From an uncultured Clostridia bacterium (GTDB taxonomy: Bacteria; Bacillota; Clostridia; Christensenellales; Borkfalkiaceae): 19,473 bases of DNA. A program made the position numbers and the translations under genes. Below the pieces are notes generated by a model. That model was not told the DNA's origin, made no database searches, and worked only from the letters and a program-made list of their open reading frames with translations. How positions within the stretch are numbered: position 1 is the stretch's first letter; each line of letters begins with the position of its first letter. The stretch is from the NCBI GenBank assembly GCA_945833955.1, contig CAMAGA010000015.1, forward strand, positions 1 through 19,473, in the 5' to 3' direction. Below, piece by piece: positions 15,501 to 19,473 of this stretch.

Positions 15501-15562
15501 GCCCATCAAAAATATTGCCCATCAAAATTATCGCCCATCAAAATTATCGCCCATCAAAAACC
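15501..15562. repeat. 4 x 16-bp tandem direct repeat, unit GCCCATCAAAATTATC
   Basis: gcccatcaaaaatatt / gcccatcaaaattatc / gcccatcaaaattatc / gcccatcaaaaacc, head to tail. Non-coding, between the floT terminator and the GT2 promoter. Confidence 0.8.
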
Positions 15563-15581
15563 GCAAGGAACTTCCTTGCGG
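15556..15581 (-). terminator. Rho-independent terminator of nfeD-floT
   Basis: Perfect 10-bp stem ccgcaaggaa-c-ttccttgcgg (15561-15581). On the minus strand it is followed by UUUUU (plus 15556-15560). 38 nt after the floT stop. Confidence 0.8.
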
Positions 15582-15618
15582 CTTTCGTATTCTTTTTTTT
15601 GGGGGTTCCCCCGATAGA

Positions 15619-17013
15619 TTATTCCCCGTCCTTCTTTTCGGGGGCGATGATCTTCGGCAAGGAAAGCCCTGCCATGGCGTATACGTCCTCCAAAGGAGGC
15701 AGGCTCTTGAGCATACCGGAAACGAAGTTTGCCGTTCCCGTTTTGCCTTCGGCACCCTGACCGCCGTCCCATACGGTAACCTTGTCGATCTTGATGTTGC
15801 TGATGGCTTGCGCCTGTGCGTCTACGATCGATTCCAACTTGTCGGTAACCATCAGTCTTGCGGCGTCGGTTGCGTTGCCGCCGGCAGCTTTCACGAGCTC
15901 TTCCATACCTTGCGCCTGTTTGGAAAGTTTTTCGTAAGCACCGCGCGCTTCCGCTTCCATCTTGGCGTAAACGGCGTCCGCTTCACCTCTTGCAATTCTA
16001 CGTGCCTGTTCCGCCTGCGCTTCCGCTTCGATTTCGATTCTCTTTCTTTCGATTTCGGCGGCGACGATGATATCGGCTTCCCTCGTTGCCTGTTCCTTGG
16101 CGGCACGGGCAATTTCCGCCTGCTTCTGCGCCGCATAGGATTCTTCCTGCGCCTTGGCTTCCTGCACCTTTTCGGCGGTGACGGCAAGCTTCAAAGCTTC
16201 CGCTTCCTTTTCACGCAAGGTTGCACGGGAAAGGGCGATGTCCGCCTTGGCTCTGTTTTCACCCTCGATCGCCTTGGATTCCGCTTCGGCAACCGTGATT
16301 CTTTCCTGCATCTTGGCGTTCGCCTGACCGATGGAACCCTTCTTGTCTTCTTCGGCAACGGAAATCTTGGCGTCGTTGATGGCTTTGGCGGCAGCTTCCC
16401 GTCCGAGTGCGATGATGTAACCGGATTCGTCCGTGATGTCCGTTACGTTTACGTTGATGAGCTTTAAGCCCACCTTGCGCAGTTCGCCTTCCACGTTTCT
16501 CGAAATGGCTTCGAGGAACTTATCTCTGTCCTGGTTGATCTCTTCGATTTCCATCTGTGCGATGACGAGACGAAGCTGACCGAAGATGATATCCTTGGCA
16601 AGATCCGAAATATTGCTGAGGGACAGGCCGAGCAGACGTTCCGCCGCATTCTGCATGACGCCCGGTTCCGTGGAAATACCGACCGTAAATACGGAGGGCA
16701 CGTCGATACGGATGTTCTGCTTGGAAAGCGCGCTCTTTAAGTCCACGTTGATGGCAAGCGGCGTCAGATCCAGAAAGGTGTACTTCTGGAAGAAGGGAAC
16801 CACGAACTTTACGCCCCCGTGAATGCAGAGCGAAGAAGGATTATCTTCTTTGCGCTTGCCGGGCAGCTTACCGCTGACGACCAGAATCTTATCCGGAGGA
16901 CAGGTTTTGATGCGGGCGATGACGAGCAGGATGATCATCACCAAAAGCAGTACTACGATGAATACCACCACGCCGACGATCGGGCCGAGTTCGGCACATA
17001 AATTTTGAATCAT
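15619..17013 (-). CDS. floT: Flotillin-like SPFH/band-7 protein (FloT/YuaG-like)
   Basis: About 464 aa from MIQNL (AAGGAG SD with 7-nt spacing; the ORF-track ATG at 17019 is only 1 nt from the SD). N-terminal TM, SPFH domain, long Ala/Glu-rich coiled coil (EAEALKLAVTAEKVQEAKAQEESYAAQKQAEIARAAKEQATREAD...). Confidence 0.9.
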   Translation of the reverse strand: MIQNLCAELGPIVGVVVFIVVLLLVMIILLVIARIKTCPPDKILVVSGKLPGKRKEDNPSSLCIHGGVKFVVPFFQKYTFLDLTPLAINVDLKSALSKQNIRIDVPSVFTVGISTEPGVMQNAAERLLGLSLSNISDLAKDIIFGQLRLVIAQMEIEEINQDRDKFLEAISRNVEGELRKVGLKLINVNVTDITDESGYIIALGREAAAKAINDAKISVAEEDKKGSIGQANAKMQERITVAEAESKAIEGENRAKADIALSRATLREKEAEALKLAVTAEKVQEAKAQEESYAAQKQAEIARAAKEQATREADIIVAAEIERKRIEIEAEAQAEQARRIARGEADAVYAKMEAEARGAYEKLSKQAQGMEELVKAAGGNATDAARLMVTDKLESIVDAQAQAISNIKIDKVTVWDGGQGAEGKTGTANFVSGMLKSLPPLEDVYAMAGLSLPKIIAPEKKDGE

Positions 17014-17047
17014 TTTCATTCTCCTTATGAATTTTATTTCTTACCGT

Positions 17048-17644
17048 TTATTCGGTAGATTCCTTTGGTTTGGTACGGACGAGCGCGCACTCGTTTTCCA
17101 TGGCGACGATCTCGATCATCGTGTCCACGGGGATGCGCTCCGCTTCCTCCGTAACGGCGTCCAGTTCCATATATCTGCCCTGCGCCGTAAGCGTAACCTT
17201 ACCCCTGCCCGAACGGGAAGCGGGAACGGAAACGTACACGGTAGCCGTTTTGCCCACCAGCGCATTCAGCCGCACCGTGCCGGAGCACTGCTGCTTCAAC
17301 ACGAGGCGCACCGCAAAGTACATACCCAGTTGCGCCAAAAAACCGGCGGCAAGGGCGATGAGAATGGATACCCACCACAAATTTTCCGGCAAGCCGACGG
17401 ACGCCGCCAGCCCCACCCAGGCACCCACGCTGAAAAAGGCGATCATGCCCCGAATCGTGAAGAAGGACCCGCCGTCGATATCGCCCTCTACGTCGATCTC
17501 CCCGTCTCCGTCCACGTCGATATCTCCGCCCGACGCCGCGCCGACGCTGAGCAGGATAATCTGCACGATGAGGAGCAGACCGAATATACAGCCTACGATA
17601 AAGTAGACTTTTTCCAAAACCGTAAAATCAGTAAACCACTGCAT
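17048..17644 (-). CDS. nfeD: NfeD-family short membrane protein (YuaF-like), partner of flotillin
   Basis: 198 aa. TM helices, then a C-terminal soluble beta-rich domain (GKTATVYVSVPASRSGRGKVTLTAQGRYMELDAVTEEAERIPVDTMIEIVAMENECALVR) typical of the NfeD OB-fold. 28 nt upstream of floT, the conserved nfeD-floT pairing. Unusual acidic stretch GGDIDVDGDGEIDVEGDIDGG between TM segments. Confidence 0.8.
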   Translation of the reverse strand: MQWFTDFTVLEKVYFIVGCIFGLLLIVQIILLSVGAASGGDIDVDGDGEIDVEGDIDGGSFFTIRGMIAFFSVGAWVGLAASVGLPENLWWVSILIALAAGFLAQLGMYFAVRLVLKQQCSGTVRLNALVGKTATVYVSVPASRSGRGKVTLTAQGRYMELDAVTEEAERIPVDTMIEIVAMENECALVRTKPKESTE

Positions 17645-17791
17645 AGCATTGCTACCTCTTTTTTATTCTTTATTTTTTGTTATCGATTCCTTTTTATTTT
17701 TTTCGGGGTAACACGCATTCCCTTTACTATTATATATATCACCCCGAAACGGGAAACTTTATCGGATTTTACCGAAAATTCCGTTCGATTT

Positions 17792-19192
17792 TCACTCCTC
17801 TATAAAGTCGGGGATCTCCTTTGCGCCTGCGGGGAAAAGGAGCGATATCATCTGCGAAACGTAGCTCACGCCGCAAAGCTCGATTTTATCCGCATATTTT
17901 TTGCAGGCATCCACGTTTTTATTGGGCAGTACCACCCGTTTGCACCCCATTTTGAGGCACTCGTTCACCCGCCTTTCCGCATTGCGCACGCCCCGCACTT
18001 CCCCCGTCAAGCCGACTTCCCCGAATACGGCAGTAGCCCGATCGACGGGAATATTTTTGAATGCGCCTGCCAGGGAAGCGCACACGGCAAGGTCCACCGC
18101 AGGTTCAAAGATGCGTATGCCGCCCATGGCGTTTAGGTATACGTCGTAATTAAAGAGGGGCAGGGAGCAACGCTTTTCCAGAACCGCCGCCAGCAGTATG
18201 GTTTTGTTCATGTCTATGCCGGAAGGCAGACGCCTCGGCATACCGTACACGCTCTTGGCTACGAGCGACTGTATTTCCACCAGCATACAACGGTTGCCCG
18301 ATTCGCTCGGCGTAACCACGCTGCCCGCCGTCTTGCCCCTCGTTTCCGAAAGGAACAGCTCCCCGTAGTCCTGCACGCCCCGTATGCCCTGTTCCGTCAT
18401 TTCAAACACGCCCATTTCCTGTACGGATCCGAAGCGGTTTTTCACCGCGCGCAGTATGCGGAACTGGTTTTCCTTTTCCCCCTCGAAGTAGAGTACGGTA
18501 TCCACGAGGTGTTCGAGTATCTTCGGCCCCGCAATCGCCCCTTCCTTGGTAACGTGCCCGATGATGCAAAAGGTGACGTTTCTGCTCTTGGCAATTTTCA
18601 TAAAGCGGACGGTGCATTCCCGTATCTGGGAAACGGTCCCCGCCGCCGAGGATACGCTCTCCGTGTACACCGTCTGGATGCTGTCCACCACGACGAGGGA
18701 AACGCCCTCTATATGCGGTTCGATGTCTTCCACGCAGGTCTCGTTTAAAAGATAAAGGGAAGGCGCCGTAACGCCCAGCCGATCGCAACGCATCTTCACC
18801 TGCGAGGTGCTCTCTTCCGCCGAAACGTACAGCACTTTCTGCTTTTGCCCGAGGCTGAGCGCAACCTGCGTCAAAAGCGTGCTTTTCCCGATTCCGGGAT
18901 CGCCGCCGAGCAGCACGAGCGACCCCTTGACGAGACCGCCGCCGAGCACGTCGTCCAGTTCCCGTATGCCGCTTGACACCCGTTCCTCTTCCGTGTAGCG
19001 CGCTTCGGAAAGTCGGACGGGCGCATTGCTCTTTGTGCGGACGGGGCTTATTCGCTTGCCGACCGCAGGGGGCGGCGGTTCCACCGCCTCCTCCACGTAA
19101 GTATTGAATTTTCCGCAGGTAGGGCAACGCCCCAGCCACTTGGGGCTGCTTGCGCCGCACTCCGAACAGACGAACACGGAAGTTGCTTTCAT
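17792..19192 (-). CDS. radA: DNA repair protein RadA/Sms
   Basis: About 466 aa from MKATSVFVCSECG (GGAGAGGAG SD 8 nt upstream; the track ATG at 19213 has no SD). C4 zinc finger CSECG...CPTCG, Walker A GGDPGIGKST, KNRFG motif, C-terminal Lon-protease-like domain. Confidence 0.9.
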   Translation of the reverse strand: MKATSVFVCSECGASSPKWLGRCPTCGKFNTYVEEAVEPPPPAVGKRISPVRTKSNAPVRLSEARYTEEERVSSGIRELDDVLGGGLVKGSLVLLGGDPGIGKSTLLTQVALSLGQKQKVLYVSAEESTSQVKMRCDRLGVTAPSLYLLNETCVEDIEPHIEGVSLVVVDSIQTVYTESVSSAAGTVSQIRECTVRFMKIAKSRNVTFCIIGHVTKEGAIAGPKILEHLVDTVLYFEGEKENQFRILRAVKNRFGSVQEMGVFEMTEQGIRGVQDYGELFLSETRGKTAGSVVTPSESGNRCMLVEIQSLVAKSVYGMPRRLPSGIDMNKTILLAAVLEKRCSLPLFNYDVYLNAMGGIRIFEPAVDLAVCASLAGAFKNIPVDRATAVFGEVGLTGEVRGVRNAERRVNECLKMGCKRVVLPNKNVDACKKYADKIELCGVSYVSQMISLLFPAGAKEIPDFIEE

Positions 19193-19214
19193 TTTTCTTT
19201 CTCCTCTCCCCATG

Positions 19215-19243
19215 ATTATAACATAAATTTATTTTTTTGTAAA
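19215..19243 (-). promoter_or_regulatory. Promoter of radA (TTTACA-17-TATAAT)
   Basis: Minus strand reads ctaTTTACAaaaaaataaatttatgtTATAATcatggggagaggag. -35 = plus 19238-19243, -10 = plus 19215-19220, 17-nt spacer. Very short leader to the MKATS start. Confidence 0.6.
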
Positions 19244-19263
19244 TAGCCGCCGTTCGTTTTCTT

Positions 19264-19300
19264 TTGTCTTTTTATAAAAAAACCCGCACGCCCTGCGCAA
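19264..19300 (-). terminator. Possible terminator of the gene upstream of radA
   Basis: GC-rich hairpin cgccc-tgcgcaa-gggcg. On the minus strand it is followed by UGCGGG and then UUUUUUU. The 6-nt spacer between stem and U-tract is atypical. Confidence 0.3.
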
Positions 19301-19473
19301 GGGCGGAGGCGAGATTGCCCATGACGCCTTCCCGTTGGTCTCCGTACGGAAAAGAATTCGTCCGCACTCGTGCGGAACAATCCGTATAATAAATGATATA
19401 TATGTAATCGGATAGCCGAAAGGGTTGCCGCAAAAGCGGAACACGGATTTACGGGGTACGGATTTTAAAAAAA

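Noticed and set aside
15466-16467. 333-aa plus-strand ORF (and 15515-15760, 15858-16070, 15891-16187)
   Set aside because: Antisense or shadow ORFs over the flotillin gene and the tandem repeat. Low-complexity Arg/Phe/Leu-rich. Flotillin assignment is unambiguous.
17027-18136. 369-aa plus-strand ORF (and 17070-17606)
   Set aside because: Spans nfeD antisense, the nfeD-radA intergenic region and part of radA antisense. Cannot be a real gene given the promoter-like elements inside.
18402-19160. 252-aa Arg-rich minus-strand ORF
   Set aside because: Alternative frame inside radA. Extreme Arg/Gly content from the GC-rich +1 frame.
19229-19444. 71-aa minus-strand ORF at the window edge
   Set aside because: Runs through the radA promoter and the upstream terminator candidate. 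No SD.
1-19473. CRISPR arrays, IS elements, integrases, phage or toxin-antitoxin genes
   Set aside because: No long spaced direct repeats (other than the 4 x 16-bp array and the DnaA boxes), no terminal inverted repeats, no transposase or integrase-like ORFs.

Overview
High-GC (~55%), Firmicutes-like chromosomal segment with 17 of 18 protein genes on the minus strand. Left to right: a tRNA-Arg(ACG) gene with a perfect-consensus sigma-70 promoter and terminator; a dense cluster of about 14 DnaA boxes (8 perfect TTATCCACA) in about 360 bp, candidate oriC or DnaA-binding cluster; a gltX-histidine kinase-LuxR/NarL response regulator unit with overlapping stop/start; a divergent M20 (PepV-like) dipeptidase; two paralogous OmpR-type two-component systems in tandem, the second followed by a small 2-TM protein, separated by a 575-bp non-coding spacer containing a promoter+terminator pair that looks like an ~85-nt small RNA; a nadA-nifS-nifU operon ending in an overlapping-start, signal-peptide-less BspA-type LRR protein; a monocistronic processive family-2 glycosyltransferase with its own consensus promoter; a 4 x 16-bp tandem direct repeat; the nfeD-floT (flotillin) pair; and radA. 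No CRISPR, IS or phage genes seen. Most long plus-strand ORFs are antisense artefacts of GC-rich minus-strand genes. Organism not identifiable from sequence alone.
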